Assembly: GCA_002104945.1 (NCBI GenBank)
Contig: MCFH01000020.1
Location: 310,001-374,000 of the forward strand
Length of the DNA stretch: 64,000 bases
From: Piromyces finnis finn
Taxonomy: Eukaryota > Fungi > Neocallimastigomycota
Direction of reading: 5' to 3'
The notes below the pieces were generated by a model. It was not told the DNA's origin. It made no database searches and saw only the letters and a program-made list of their open reading frames with translations. Positions 34,310 through 48,296 of the stretch are shown here, piece after piece. The translations under genes and the position numbers were made by a program. Every line of letters begins with the position of its first letter. Positions within the stretch are counted from its first letter, which is position 1.

Positions 34310-37300
34310 TATTATTGTTTATAATAATTAATTATATATTAAAAATAAAAAAAAAAAAAATTTGTTTTTTGTTTTTTATTTTTTTTTTTTAATTTTTAAA
34401 AATTTAATGACTATAGTATTTTATAATTCTATTTATAAATATTTAAATTAAAAAGAAAAAAAGAATGAAAATAATAAAATAAAAAAAAGGTTTTTACCTA
34501 CTAATTAAGTTTTAAACTATCTTTATAATTAAAGAGGGAAAAAAAAGTTAATTTTAAATATAAAGTTTTATATTTTTTTCTTTTTTAACTTTTTAAATGG
34601 AAGTTTTACACCATAATAAAATTCCTATAAAATTTAAAAAAAAAAAAATATTTTTAATAATAAAAATTTAAAACTTTAATAATGTATACAAAATGTATTG
34701 ATTAATAATTTAATAATCTATATTTAAGGAAATTTTAAAAAAGAGAAAATTAACTTTTTAGCCAATACTTTCATTATAGGAAAAATTTATTATTAAAATA
34801 CAAAAAAAAAAAAGGATTTTATGATGGTTATTGAAGAAGTATTGGTATATTTTTTTTTAAAAAATAAAATATAAAATAATTTATTGTTATTCATACCATA
34901 TCATATATATATTATAAATAAAATATTATAAAATACTATGAAAAAAGCTTTTCTTTTAAAAGAAATAAAAGTTTATTTCTTAACTGGGCTTTAACACTTT
35001 TAGTTTACTAATTATACAATTATAAAATTTATAGACTTGGCTAACTATTTAAGTTTTTTATTTCAAAAATATTAATAGAAATGGTCAGATAAAGAAAAAA
35101 ACTTTATTTTTAAAAGAAATAATTAGATATTAACAAATAGTTTTCTTGATATGGTATATTTTGAAGAATCATATTTAAAATGAATATCTAAAAATAAAAA
35201 GAAAAAGAAATTACATGTGTCTTTTTTCTTTCTTCCTTTATTAAAAACTATTTTTTTATTTACAAGTAAAAGCACTGTTTTTATTTTTTTTATAAAAAAA
35301 ATAGGTGTTAAAATATACATTAATAACTAAAAATAATGAATATATAGTATATATTTATATCATTTATAATTAAAAATATAAATTGATATCTATCATCTTT
35401 AACTATTTTATTATATTTGTCACAATTAATATTAATAAATAATATACAAACTCCTTCCTTTTTTTTTTAAACTTTTAAAATATAAACAATATAATACCAA
35501 AAGTTTTTATAGAGTTATTTAAAAAATAACGCTATAAACATAAAACTATTTTTTTTAAATATATATATATTAAATAATTAACATCTGTTAAATATAACAA
35601 AATATGAAAGAAAAAATGATGGATTGTTTGTTAAAGAATGAAGCAACAAATAAAATAAATACATTTATAATATTCATGCTCATAAGGAATCATAATACTA
35701 TCTTTAATATTTATTTTTATACTTTAAAAAAATATGAATCTTTTATTCTTTTTTAAATATTTATTTAATAACTCAACATACATTTAATAATAACATTCCT
35801 ATATAGGGAAAAGAAACAAAAATATGTAAATACACAAGTCTATATATTTTGATTTAGTTTTTTTTTTTTAATTATCATCATTTTTTTCTTTTTTATCATT
35901 ATAAGGATTAGATTATTTTTTAAACTTTACACTTTTTATTTGTTCAACCATAAATTTTAATATTTATTTAATCTATTTTAGCAAAGCACATGGTAATATT
36001 TTCCAAATATAAAAAATTTAAAATTGTTCAAAAATTGAAAAAAAAATGTATGAGAAGTTTCCATATATAGAAGTCATTTTAAAATTATTATTAATATATT
36101 ATACATTTGTCATACCTTTTTTTTTAAATAGTATTAATGATTATCATTCTATATTAAAATCTCTTTTATTTAATTTCCATGTTAGATCCTACTATTGTCA
36201 TTGATTTAATATAAAATAAAGTTTCAAATCTTATTTATTATTAAATATATTAAATAAATTGCATATATTATAACATCATTCTTTTATGCTTTTTGAGTAA
36301 GGTGGTACACATTTTAATATATAGATAATTTATATGAAACATTATTTAATTAATATATTATGGTCAATTTTATTAATAAAAAAAAAAAGAAAATATGCTG
36401 CAAATAATTGAAAACAAAAATAAAAAATCACCTTATATTAATTAGTAAAAGAGAAATAGAAAGTAATATTAGTAATAGAAGTAGTAAAGAAATTATTCAT
36501 CATTACGCTTACAAATATTCAGGTATAAATATATTATTATGTGCTATACTATCTATATAGTACTTGTTATTCCTGTATGTGTATGTAAGACATAACTTTT
36601 CTAAAGAGTAATAATTAAATATATTTTTAATTTTAATTGGACAATTAAAAATAATAATATACATAATTTTAATTGTAAATAAAACTACAATATAAGTAAG
36701 CGTGTTTAACAAAAGCTAAAAAAAAAAAGAACATGTTGACATTTACAATAGTTTGTTACTTAGCAATTTTTGGTTTTGTAATAATGGAAATAATTTATCA
36801 TTATACTTTTTGATATAGTGATATATTTTATGTATTGGATAGCTTTTTAATATTATTTATGTATATTATTATTGATAGTATTGCTGAAATATTTATTTAT
36901 TTTATATATAATGTTCATTCATTATTATCCTTTAATAATAAGTCCTTTTCTGAGTATATATTGTAGTATTTTTTGCTGTATTATTTTTATTTTTAATATT
37001 TATATTATTAATGTTTTGTACAAACCAAATTTTGTAAGTATGACAAAAATAGATTATGGTATATAAAATTGGAATCATTTTTATTTGTGGCAATAATTTT
37101 AAAATAGACATAAATTTTGTAATTTTGTATATGTAATTATTAAAAATGAAGGCTTTAAATATTTTAGTAAACTTAATATAAATTACACGTTTTTTTTAGT
37201 TTGTTTATGATCTATTCATTGAAAAAATTGTTACATTTTTTTGTATTAGGTTGTACTATCATTAGAGTTTATAAAATGTTCCTACTATTTAAAAAAACTA

Positions 37301-40300
37301 ATAATTATTAGGAAATATGGATTAATAATAAATGATAGAGAATTAATCATTATTACTAATAATTTATAAAATTTATATTTTTAATTTTTTAAAGAATATT
37401 TTGTTAAAAAAAAGCCACAATTTATAATCTGATATTTAAAATATGTAATATTTTCAAAACATAGTATAATAATTATTATTTATATTATTATCATGTATGC
37501 TAAATAATGATATATTTATGCTGTAACAACTTTTTTAAAAAAAAGATTACTTTGATTAAAAATATATAAAAAAATTTAAAATTTCTTTTGTTATTTACTC
37601 AAATCTTTTAATTTACAGAAAGTAAATAATAATATATTTTTTTTATTTTTTGAATAAAAACTTTATTATATTAAAAACGTTTTTTTTCCTTTTTTTAATA
37701 TATATTGTTGTACCACATGGATTCTTACCATTTTTAATATAATAAAGTTTTGAGTGTTTCAAATTTCAAACCAATAAATTAAAATTTACAAATATGGGCG
37801 TAATAGGGAATTAATTGATATTTTTATTTGCGAAAGTTTTTTTTCTTTTAGTTGATAATGCAAAAAAAAAAAAATATCAAATACTATTATTGGAATAAAT
37901 GTTATTAATAAGTTTTTTTTATTTCAGGATTATATAAAGTTGTCACTTTTTTTTTATTAAAAACAAAAAAGAAAGAAAATGTAATTATTATGTATGATAA
38001 TATAAAGGTTTTAAAATATTTACGGATGTTCAAAAATAAAATTATCTTGTTAATTCTTTATTAGTTTTTATGATATTTATAATAATCTAATATCATACAA
38101 AAAATGATAATATAAAATGAGATTAAATTATATCATTTAATACTCTACAATATATTTATTAAAGATAATAATCATTGATATGGAATATAATATTTCGTTC
38201 CTATTTATTTATTCGTTTATGTATAATAAATAAAAAAATGTTGGCTAGTCAAAAAAAAATTATTAAAAAATAGATTAATTTTTTTGTAATCCCATAATTT
38301 AATTTATTAGTTTCATCTTTTATTTATTTATTATTTAAAAGAGTGTGTAATGGTATACAAAATTACTTTTTTTCTTTTTAAACTATCTTTTTAAATAACT
38401 CATTATTACTGAAATAGAACAAAACTTTCTTTTATATTTATATATTATTATAAATTATAGTAATTGTAAAGTTTTATACCTTTTTATTATATTTATTTTT
38501 GGATACTTTTTTATGTATTTTATTATCCACACTTTTAATATATGACCCATTAATTTATTTATATATTAATTTTCTTTAAACTATATATAGAATTGTAATC
38601 ATCAAATTTACTCTATTACATAATATTCATTAATCCTTTATAAAAGTAAATTATTTATTAACCTAATGGAAACATGGTAGTGGTTTATTTAATTTTTTAT
38701 TTTAAATCTATATGAACAAAAGATATATATTAATTTTTTTATATAAAAAAAAAAGATATAATAAAACGATTTATTTTCTTTTAATTGGATTCATTTTATT
38801 TTTAAAAATTAGCCGTTGAATTTGGATGAAATAAGGAAAAAAAACTAAAATTAATATTCAAAATATTTTCAGAATTTTAAGGAATAGAATTTTTAATCAT
38901 CCTTTTGATCATTCTTATTTATCTTTTAAATGAAATTAAAGAAAAAAGGAGAATATATAAAAAATATATTTCAATAATATATTTTCAATTAATTCATAGA
39001 TTACTTTAATATGTATGAAGAATAAAAAAGTTTTATATAAATTTATATTTGAATGAATCTGCGTTTAAACCCTTAAACTATATAAAATAAACTTTTTGCT
39101 TTTAATTTAATGATAAACTTTATTTTAAAGTATATTTAATTAATACTAAATTATCTAAATATAATGCATATTAATATAATTTATTATTAATATAATATAT
39201 TATAAGATATTAATATATTAATGATATATATTATTTAATTAATTTTTTAATGAATATCATTAGACAATCATATTTTAATTTTAATATAATTATAATATAA
39301 TTTATTATATTTTAATATAAATTATATTATTAATTATTTTAACTAAATGGAGAAAATATAAAACTAAAAAGTTATTGAATTGTTTTCAGTTTTAATTTAG
39401 CATTTAAATAGAAAATATAATAAATAAAAACAAATAATATATTATAAATTAAATGGATATTTAATTAATATAATATGAGCACATATTATTAATAAATTGA
39501 ATATTATTTCTTAACATTTAAAATAGTTACTATTGATAATATATTGCCTTCAATATAAAATCATTTTAATTAAAAGCATTATTCCATTGAAAATTGGTAA
39601 ATGGTTTAATGATAATATCAATATATTTAAATAAATTGATTATATATGAAGATATTCAATTTAATATATATTTAATATAAAATAATATAAGGAATTGTCT
39701 CTCTTTTTTTTTCTTATCTTGTTCTTGGTTTTTTTTTTTTTTTGAAAGTACTACTACCCTACCCATCGCAACTAAATACATAATTTTTATGTAAGGGAAA
39801 TTTTTTGGAGGTATTGAAAAAAAATTTGGTAAAGTTCTAATCTCACCTTTACACAAAATTTTACTAAATTTTTTTTACATTTAAAAAAATTCTTTTACAT
39901 ATAAAGTATACTGAAAGGTAGTAACTTTAGCCAATTTTATTATTTTTGATCCTAAAATAAAATATAAAATCTTAAATCTTATTAAACTTTAATTCATAAT
40001 ATCCTAAAAAAATTTCGTAAAAATTTCAAAATTTTAAAAAAGTTGAATAATTAATATATGATATAATATAAAATAAAATTTATAATATTATTGAATAATA
40101 TATTATATTATATTAATTAAAAGGTGTATTAAGCGCCTAATTAAAATATATAAATTCTTAATAATATAAATAAATACTATTAAATAGAGTTATTATTTAA
40201 AATTTGAAAAAAAAAACAAAAAAAAAAAAAAAATATAAATTATTCAAATTAGTAGGTTTTAATTTTTTTTATAATTTTTTTTATTTTTTTTTATTTTACT

Positions 40301-40791
40301 TTTAGAATTTTTATTATTATTATTTTTTATTAGTAGTATTATATATATATTATATATATTATATATAACTTTTAGATATTTGTTACAACACTGTTTTAGT
40401 TGAAAAAGTAAACAAAAAATAAAAAAATAACAAGACAAATTACAACAAATATTGTCAAATTACAAAAATATAAATAAAAATTGAAATGTATTTGTAATTG
40501 AAAAAAAATAAACTAAAAAAATAATAATAATAATAATAAAAAAAGGGAAAAAAAACAATTTATAGGGATTAAATAAATAGAATACCATTTTATTATTAAA
40601 AATATATTTCTTTTTAAAAGAGAATAAATAATAATACCAAAAATATAAAATTAAATGAAAAATTAAAAGTAATAAAGTTTTTTATTACAAAAAGAAATAA
40701 ATTAAAAGAGTATATTTGTTGATATTTAATATAATTCTTTTTTTTTTTTTTTTTATTTAAAAAAAATTTATATTATTAAAATAATAATAAA

Positions 40792-43391
40792 ATGGCAACA
40801 GTAATGGATGCAAACATTCAACCTGCAAATCCAATATATAATATTCAACAAAATGATTATGGGAATAATTCTTTCCCTCAAACTACAAATCAATATCAAA
40901 ACCAAAATTACTCTTATCAAGCAAAAGACATGTAATTTTCTTTCCTTTTTTTTTTTTTAAATTAGTTTAATATTTAATTTAATAATAAAGTTAAAATATT
41001 ATTTATATAGTTGTTATTAACTTATATAAGACTGTAAATGAAATGTTTCAAAAATTATATATTTTTCATTTATTTACATTTAAATTTTTTACACCATATA
41101 ATTATTAATGTAATATGCTAAAAATATATTTTATTTTATATAATAGAACTTATTTACCACAAAATCAAGCAATGATAAATAATCAATATCCACCACAAAA
41201 TCAAGCAGTGATAAATAATCAATATCCACCACAAAATCAACAAATAATCCAACAAACTCAACCACCACCACCACAATATAATAATATTCCATTAAAGAAA
41301 TTATCCATAGATACTCATACTATGACAAAAACAGCAACATTAAATTCAGCACCACCACAAATTAATACAACAGGTCTTAACACAGGTTCTCCATATTACG
41401 TTCCATCTCCAAGAAGACGTCGTGGAGATCATACAAATTATGAAAGTTCAATAAGATCTTTCTTTGGAAGAACTAAACAACATTGTAATGTTTTTGATAT
41501 TAGTCATACAAAATCATATATTGTTATTATTGATCCAAAAGTTGATCGTGGTTTCTTTATCGCTGAAAATAATTGGACCTGTTACCGTAGAAATTATTTC
41601 CAAATTAGTACAGTATTTTCATGTATTGATGTTAATACTAATGAACAAGTTCAATTACCATGCTTGGTTGAAGCAAATAATAAAACTCTCAAAGTAAATG
41701 CATTTTCTTTAGGTATTTCATCGAGAATATCTAATAGTGATAAAAAAATTGATATTATTCAACATACCCCAAAACGTGATAAAGGTCCACAAATTATTCC
41801 AAAACCAAAAATAATTAAAGCTGGAGGAAGTCATTCTCAATTTGCTAGTATTGGAAATGAACAAAGTTTGGTTACTTTCGAAAGACTTCAATTTAAAACG
41901 GCTACAGCTAATAATGGTAAGAGAAGAGCAGCACAACAATACTATGTTCTTGTGTTGGATTTAATTGCCAATACTGAAGATGGTGAGATAAGAGTAGCTA
42001 CTGTTGAATCCGATCATCTTGTAGTTCGTGGTCGTAGTCCTGGTCATTACAATGATATCACTTTAAATACATCTATACCAAGAACAGTAACTATGACATC
42101 TTCTGCATCCGCTGCTGAAGGAAGATTCAGTAGATATCCATTAACTCCAACCTATGGTCAATATAATAATTCACCAATGATTCTTTCTCCTCATAGTCCT
42201 GCTTCTCCAGGCATGCCATTCCATCCTGGTAGTCAAACTCCAATTCAAACTCCACATTCTATGTTACGTCAACCTCCATTAAACTATAGTTCTCCTCAAC
42301 CAATGTCTGGTATTTCTTCTAATCCAGGAACTCCAACTAATGCTGCAACACCAATTAATCTAGCAACAGCTGCTATGCCAATTAATAATGTTTATGCAGT
42401 TAAAGAGGATAGTAATCAATATTACGCCCAAAATCCACATCCAAGTGGTAATGTTAGTACATTACCAAATCAAAATCAAAATCAAAGTTATGACAATTCA
42501 CAATCTTCTTCTATCTATATTAATCAAACTCCATCCACTCAACCTACCAACATTAATAACCAACAAAACTTCATTCCTCAAACTCAAGCCCCAATACCTG
42601 CTCAAGGTGTTACCAACCCTCCAACCCAACCAACACAACAAAGTAACTATTATCAAAGTCAAGCACCACCACCAACTCAAGCTTCTACTCAAATTTATGA
42701 TAGTTCATTTTATCCAATCTCTTCTCAACAAGGACAATCCGATCCTTATGCTATAAATAATGCTAGTACGCCAACAACATCCAATTCCAATGCAAACTTT
42801 ACTCAACAAGCCCCTGCATCCTATCAAGGTACTCCAAATCCACCACCACAAAGTATTTATATGACTCAGCCCCAAGCTACAACTTTAGCTCAAGCACCAC
42901 AAACCACCCAAAATCAATATATAAGTCAATCCTATTCACAACCCATTGCTCAAACAAGTCAATATACCATTCAAAGTACTACTCAAGAATACAGTCAACC
43001 AGCTCCACCACCACAACAAAGTACACCACAACAAGCCTATCTTACTCAACCCTCAACACAAGCCTATCTTACACCACCTCAAGCAACTGCTCAACAAGCT
43101 TCACCTCCACCAAGTAATTATATCAATGGTATTCCAAATCAAACCCAAAGTACCTTTATGGATTCACCATCCATTGATAAAAGCAGTAAAATTACGAAAA
43201 ATACAGTAGAATATTTAAATTCACCCTCTTCTAACAAAAATGAAGTTATTGAATCAACAAAGGGTCCAGAAGAAGTTAAACAATTTATAGATTCAAAAAC
43301 AAAGGATCCAAAAAATTGGTTAAATAATAGTAATCCACCTTCTGTAGCCTCTACCCAACACAATGAAATTTCTTCTTTAACCTCAAAATAA
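40792..43391 (+). CDS. Ndt80/PhoG-family (p53-like fold) transcription factor, 794 aa, 2 exons
   Basis: Exons 40792-40931 and 41147-43391, joined by a phase-2 intron. DNA-binding motifs: VDRGFF, WTCYRRNYFQIS, IIQHTPKRDKGPQ, FERLQFKTATANNGKRRAAQQYYVL and LVVRGRSPGHY. The C-terminal half is Q/P/S/T-rich. Confidence 0.93.
41154..41240 (+). repeat. 36-nt coding tandem repeat, about 2.4 copies of PPQNQA(M/V)INNQY, in the Ndt80-like gene
   Basis: ccacaaaatcaagca(a/g)tgataaataatcaatatcca repeated directly. Confidence 0.9.
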
Positions 43392-44046
43392 AAAGATTTT
43401 ATATAAAAGAAAATTAACCTCAAAGATTTTAAAGAAAATTAAAAGAAAATTTCATAAAATGATAAATTACAGGTATATAGAAGTTAAAATTATAGACTAT
43501 TTTTTTTTTTAATTTTAATATTTATTTAATATTTTAATTTAATATTATTTAAATCATTTTACAATTAATATGATTATATATATGTTTTCTTTTAAAAAAA
43601 AAAAAGATATATAAAATAATTTCACATTTATAAGAAATATATATATAATAAATATTTAAAATAATTTTTTTTTTTACTTTACCTAAATTTTTTTTTTATA
43701 ATAAAATCACTAAAAATTTTACCAAAAGAATAAACTAAAAAAATTTTATTCATTATAAATTTTTGATCTATTAAAATAGAATTTTTTTTTTCTACTTAAA
43801 AAAAATAGAAGATTATTTTTTAGTTAATAATAATAGTTTTCATTTATCTTTTTTTCTTATATATATAATATCTTTTAAATTGTATTACTATCTTAATCCT
43901 TTCTCTATATATATATGAATAATAAATATTAAACATTAATCTTTTTTTTTTTATTTCTTCTTATGTTTAATATTATTTTTGTTTCTATATATATATATAC
44001 AATAACATATAAAAAAAAAAAAAAACAGAATAAATAAAAAAATATA

Positions 44047-44083
<37 letters not shown>

Positions 44084-44217
44084 TTGATGATTGTTTATTA
44101 TATTTCTTTTTTATAAAATTACTAGAGAAAAAAAAAAGAAAATAGCAAAAATTTTATTCAATTATTTCATAAAAAAAAAGTAAAGTCCTTCACCTATATA
44201 TTCATAAAAATATACTA

Positions 44218-44332
44218 ATATACTAATACAATTAATTTATGAGGTTTAATTAAAACATTTTATATAGAATAATTAGATGGTTTCCTTTTAAGTTATTATA
44301 ATTAAATCTCATAATTAATTGTATTAGTATAT
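44218..44332. repeat. Imperfect ~35-bp inverted repeat (foldback) with ~46-nt spacer
   Basis: The arm atatactaatacaattaatttatgaggtttaatta (44218-44252) is the reverse complement of 44299-44332, except for one extra T and one G/A difference. Confidence 0.85.
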
Positions 44333-45504
44333 TTTGTGTATTATTATTCCATATAGAGTTTAATTTTTTGATAATTATTAAAGATTTATAATAAAATTTT
44401 TTAAAAGTGAATATCCCATATATTCATTTTAAATATACATTTTTTTTTTTTATTTCATTTAGATATAGGTAAAGGTATATTCAAGGACAGTTCAATTTCC
44501 AGAATTTATTCAATTATTTAGTAATCTAAATAATTTTTTCATTTTATTTTTATATAAATTTTCTTCCTATAATAATAAATATTGATAGTTTATATAATGT
44601 ATTATCTTAATAGATTATATGTACTAATATAAAAAAAGGTAAAAAAGTATTATAAAATTTTTACTACTGATTTTGACAATAATAGTCATGAGTAGTCATA
44701 ATTTAATTCTTATTGATTGAGAAAGAGATTAATGAAAAAAGAAAAATAAAGAATTTGATATATTGTACATTATGTAATTTTATAACCTTTAATTATGAAA
44801 ATTATCAATTCTTATCTTTTTATCCATATATAGCAATTATATATCACTTATTATATATATTTTTTTTTAAAAAGTGGAAAATAAACTATACCTATTTATT
44901 ATAAGATAGAATATTTAAATAGGAAAAAATTCATAAAAAAAAAAGTTCATCCTTTTATTAAAAGATTTCTAGCATGTTTTATAAAAATTATATATATTAT
45001 TTAATTAATTCCTAAAGGTATAAACATTTTCTAGATACCTATTTCTGATGATCAATAGTACTTGGTGTTTAAAATAGAAAAAAATCAATTTTATTTATTG
45101 TATTAATAGTAGTATTTATGATTCAAGCCACATTGCATAGAATGAAATGAAAGCTTTTTTTTATTAAAAATCATTAAAAAATGTCTATATTTAATAAACT
45201 TTATTTTATAATAAAATGGTTAAAGAGACAATATGTTAAAATTTTATTAAAATTTTCCATTATATTCTCAACAGCTTTTTTTGATATTAAATTTTACCAA
45301 AATTATAAAATGCATCCGTGTAAATATATAAAGAATATATTTTATAATATATTATTATATATCAAATTTATTAGTAATTAAGGGTTTTTTTTATTAAATC
45401 TGATAATGGATGACTAATAAAAATTTTTATTTTAAATTTATAAAAAATAAAAAAAAAAAAACAAATTTTTTTATTTTTTTTTAAATATCTTTACAAACAA
45501 TACA

Positions 45505-48296
45505 ATGAAATTAGAAGTTCAAAGAACCGAAAATAATACTTATATTCCACCAAGAGCTATCACTATTGCTGGCTCAGATAGTAGTGGTGGTGCTGGTATT
45601 CAAGCTGATTTAAAAACTTTTACTGCTTTACAAGTTTATGGTTCTTCTGCTATTACCGCTTTAACTGCTCAAAATACTACCAAGGTTTCAGGAATTCATG
45701 CTGTTCCAAGTGAATTTGTTGAAGAACAATTAGTCGATATTTTGGAAGATATTGGTACTGATTCTGTTAAAACTGGTAAATATTTATTTTTTTTTCTTTT
45801 TTCTTTTTCTTTTTTAGTTTTAATTGAAATTTATTTACACATTGTCGTGTGAGTGTGAGTAACATTGCTATTTTCAATTTATTATCCACTTCATTATAAT
45901 ATACATTTATTTATTTTTTGATTATTTTACTTTTTGATTATTATTTTTATTATTGCATCCTTGTTTTAGTTTATTATCTATTGATTATACGACAAAACAA
46001 GCTTGTTTAAAATAGTTGAAATTTACATATTTAACTTTAAACAAAAATATATATATTCTTTGAATTTAAGTTTAAATTGAAGCTTAAATATTTTACAAAG
46101 TAATTTAGAAAGTTTATTTATTTTTTTTTCAAAAATTAATAAAGTATAAAAATATAAAATTTATTTTAAATTATAAGTGATAATAATGATGATAATAATA
46201 TTTTTATAATAATAGGTATGCTTTTCAATTCTGATATTATTAAGACAGTTGTTAAAGTTTTAAAGAAATACAACATTACAAAGGTTGTTGTTGATCCAGT
46301 TATGATTGCTTCTTCTGGTGCTAAGCTTTTAGAAGATGACACTATTGAAATTGTTCGTAGTGAATTACTTCCTATTGCTTATGTCATCACTCCAAATATT
46401 CCTGAAGCTGAAGTTTTAACTGGTTTAACCATCAAGAGTATTGATGATATGAAAGCCGCTGCTAAAAAGTTATACGATATGGGTGTTAAATATCCATTAG
46501 TTAAGGGTGGACATATTGCTTTCAATGCTAATAATGAAGTTGCCAAGGATGGTGAAGAAGCCAGTTACATCACCGATATTTTATTTGATGGAGAAAAGTA
46601 TTATGAAGAAAAGATGGAATATGTTAAAACTCAAAATACTCATGGTACTGGATGTACTCTTTCTTCAGCCATTGCAGCTGGTATTGCTAAAAATGAATCA
46701 GGTAAAGTTCAAAATAAAGAAAGAAAAAAAAATTTTTTTTTTAAAAAAAAAGAAAGTAATACTTTAAAATACAAAAATACAATGAAATTTTATTGAATAA
46801 TTATTCAATAAGTTCTATCCAATTTATTTTTTTTTTTATTATTATTATTAAAATAAACAATTTTATGACTATATTTTTTTTTATTTAATATTATAATATT
46901 ACATTTATATTTTTTATATATATTTTTAATAAATATTTATTATTTATTTTGTAATAGTTTTAACTGCTTACAAAAATGCTAGAAAATACCTTCAAAATGC
47001 TATTAAATACAGTTTCAATCTTGGAAAGGGTCATGGTCCACTTAACCATTACCACAATTCAGTTCTTTTCCCAGAGTAAGTCTTTTTTTTTTTATTTTAA
47101 AAATATTTACTATAAAAAATATTAACTTTTTAATACTTTTGATAAAGATAAAAATAATATTGATAAGAGAAAAAAAAAGTTAAATTTAAATGATAAATAT
47201 TTTAATATTAATATATATAATTTTTATTTCTTATTTTTTATCTATTTAGTAACCGTACATTTGTTGAAACTTTAAAGGATTATGCCAAGAAAGAATACAA
47301 TGATTACGTCAATCATGAATTTGTTAAAAGAATTGCTGATGGTACTTTACCAGTTGAATCTTTCAAGCATTTCTTATGTCAAGATTACATTTACTTAACT
47401 CATTATGCTCGTGTTCATGCTGTTTGTGGTTTCAAGTTAAATAACTTGAGAGAAATTGCAAAGGAAGCTGACATTATTAATATTATCAGAACCGAAACTC
47501 AACTTCACATTAAAGTAATATATACATGCATAAAGCAAACTAAATACAAACTTTATACATTAATTAATATTAATGAAAATAAATATACCTATATTAACTT
47601 TTTTTAACATTTTATCATATTATTATATAATTTCTAATTCAAAAATTTAATGAAAAAATTCAATGATACTTCTTATAGTACTGTGAATCATGGGGTATAT
47701 CATTAGAAGAATTAGAAAGAACTAAAGAAGCTGCCAATAATATGGCCTACACTAGATTCTGTATTGAAAGAGGTCTCTCTGGTGACATCTTAGATCTTAA
47801 GGTTGCCTTATTTGCCTGCTTAATTGGTTATGGTGAAATTGGTGTTAGAATTGTTAACGATCCAAACACAAAGAGAGGTAAATATTAAATGAAATAAAAT
47901 TATTACAATAACTATTTAATATAATAATTTTAATATTATATTTTTTTTTTATTTTTTTAAAGAAAATAATCCATACTACACATGGGCTTTAAATTATGCC
48001 GCTGATCTTTACCAAAGTAGTGTTACCACCGGTATTGGTATGTATTCAAATAAAATAATGATTTGATATATGTAGTTAAATAAATGTTTTTATATTTTTT
48101 TTATGATGATAATATAATAATATTAATTGCAAATTATTGTTACTTTAAATAATATAAAGCTGAACTTGAAGAATTAGCTAAAGAGTATATAAAACCAGGA
48201 GATACTGAACGTTTAAAGAATTTATGTGAAATCTTTAGACAAGCTTCAAGATTAGAAGCCAATTTCTTTGAAATGGGTTTAAAGAGATTAAATTAA
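45505..48296 (+). CDS. THI20: THI20-like bifunctional hydroxymethylpyrimidine/phosphomethylpyrimidine kinase (ThiD) plus thiaminase II (TenA), copy 1, 516 aa, 7 exons
   Basis: Exons 45505-45775, 46216-46701, 46958-47075, 47250-47514, 47679-47877, 47963-48037 and 48160-48296 (1551 nt). ThiD motifs: [45 protein letters not shown] and [13 protein letters not shown]. TenA motifs: [32 protein letters not shown] and [10 protein letters not shown]. Confidence 0.93.

Noticed and set aside
37820-39860. Ndt80 MSE-like cores (CRCAAAW) upstream of the Ndt80-like gene, suggesting autoregulation
   Set aside because: Only partial 7-mer matches without the upstream G, which are expected by chance in DNA this AT-rich.
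41154-41240. Regular 36-nt repeats that might suggest a CRISPR-like array
   Set aside because: They are in-frame coding tandem repeats with no unique spacers and no cas genes, in a eukaryotic genome.
45776-46215. Possible TPP riboswitch in the long first intron of the THI20-like genes; it contains a GC-richer cgtgtgagtgtgagtaac patch with donor-like GT sites
   Set aside because: I found no TPP aptamer core (UGAGA, the CCUGAU/GAUAAUGCC region, GCGxAGGGA) in either copy. An Infernal RF00059 search would settle it.
45505-46701. Bacterial-looking ThiD sequence as a horizontal transfer candidate
   Set aside because: ThiD-TenA fusions are native to fungi (yeast Thi20), and the gene has six spliceosomal introns. 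HGT cannot be claimed without a phylogeny.
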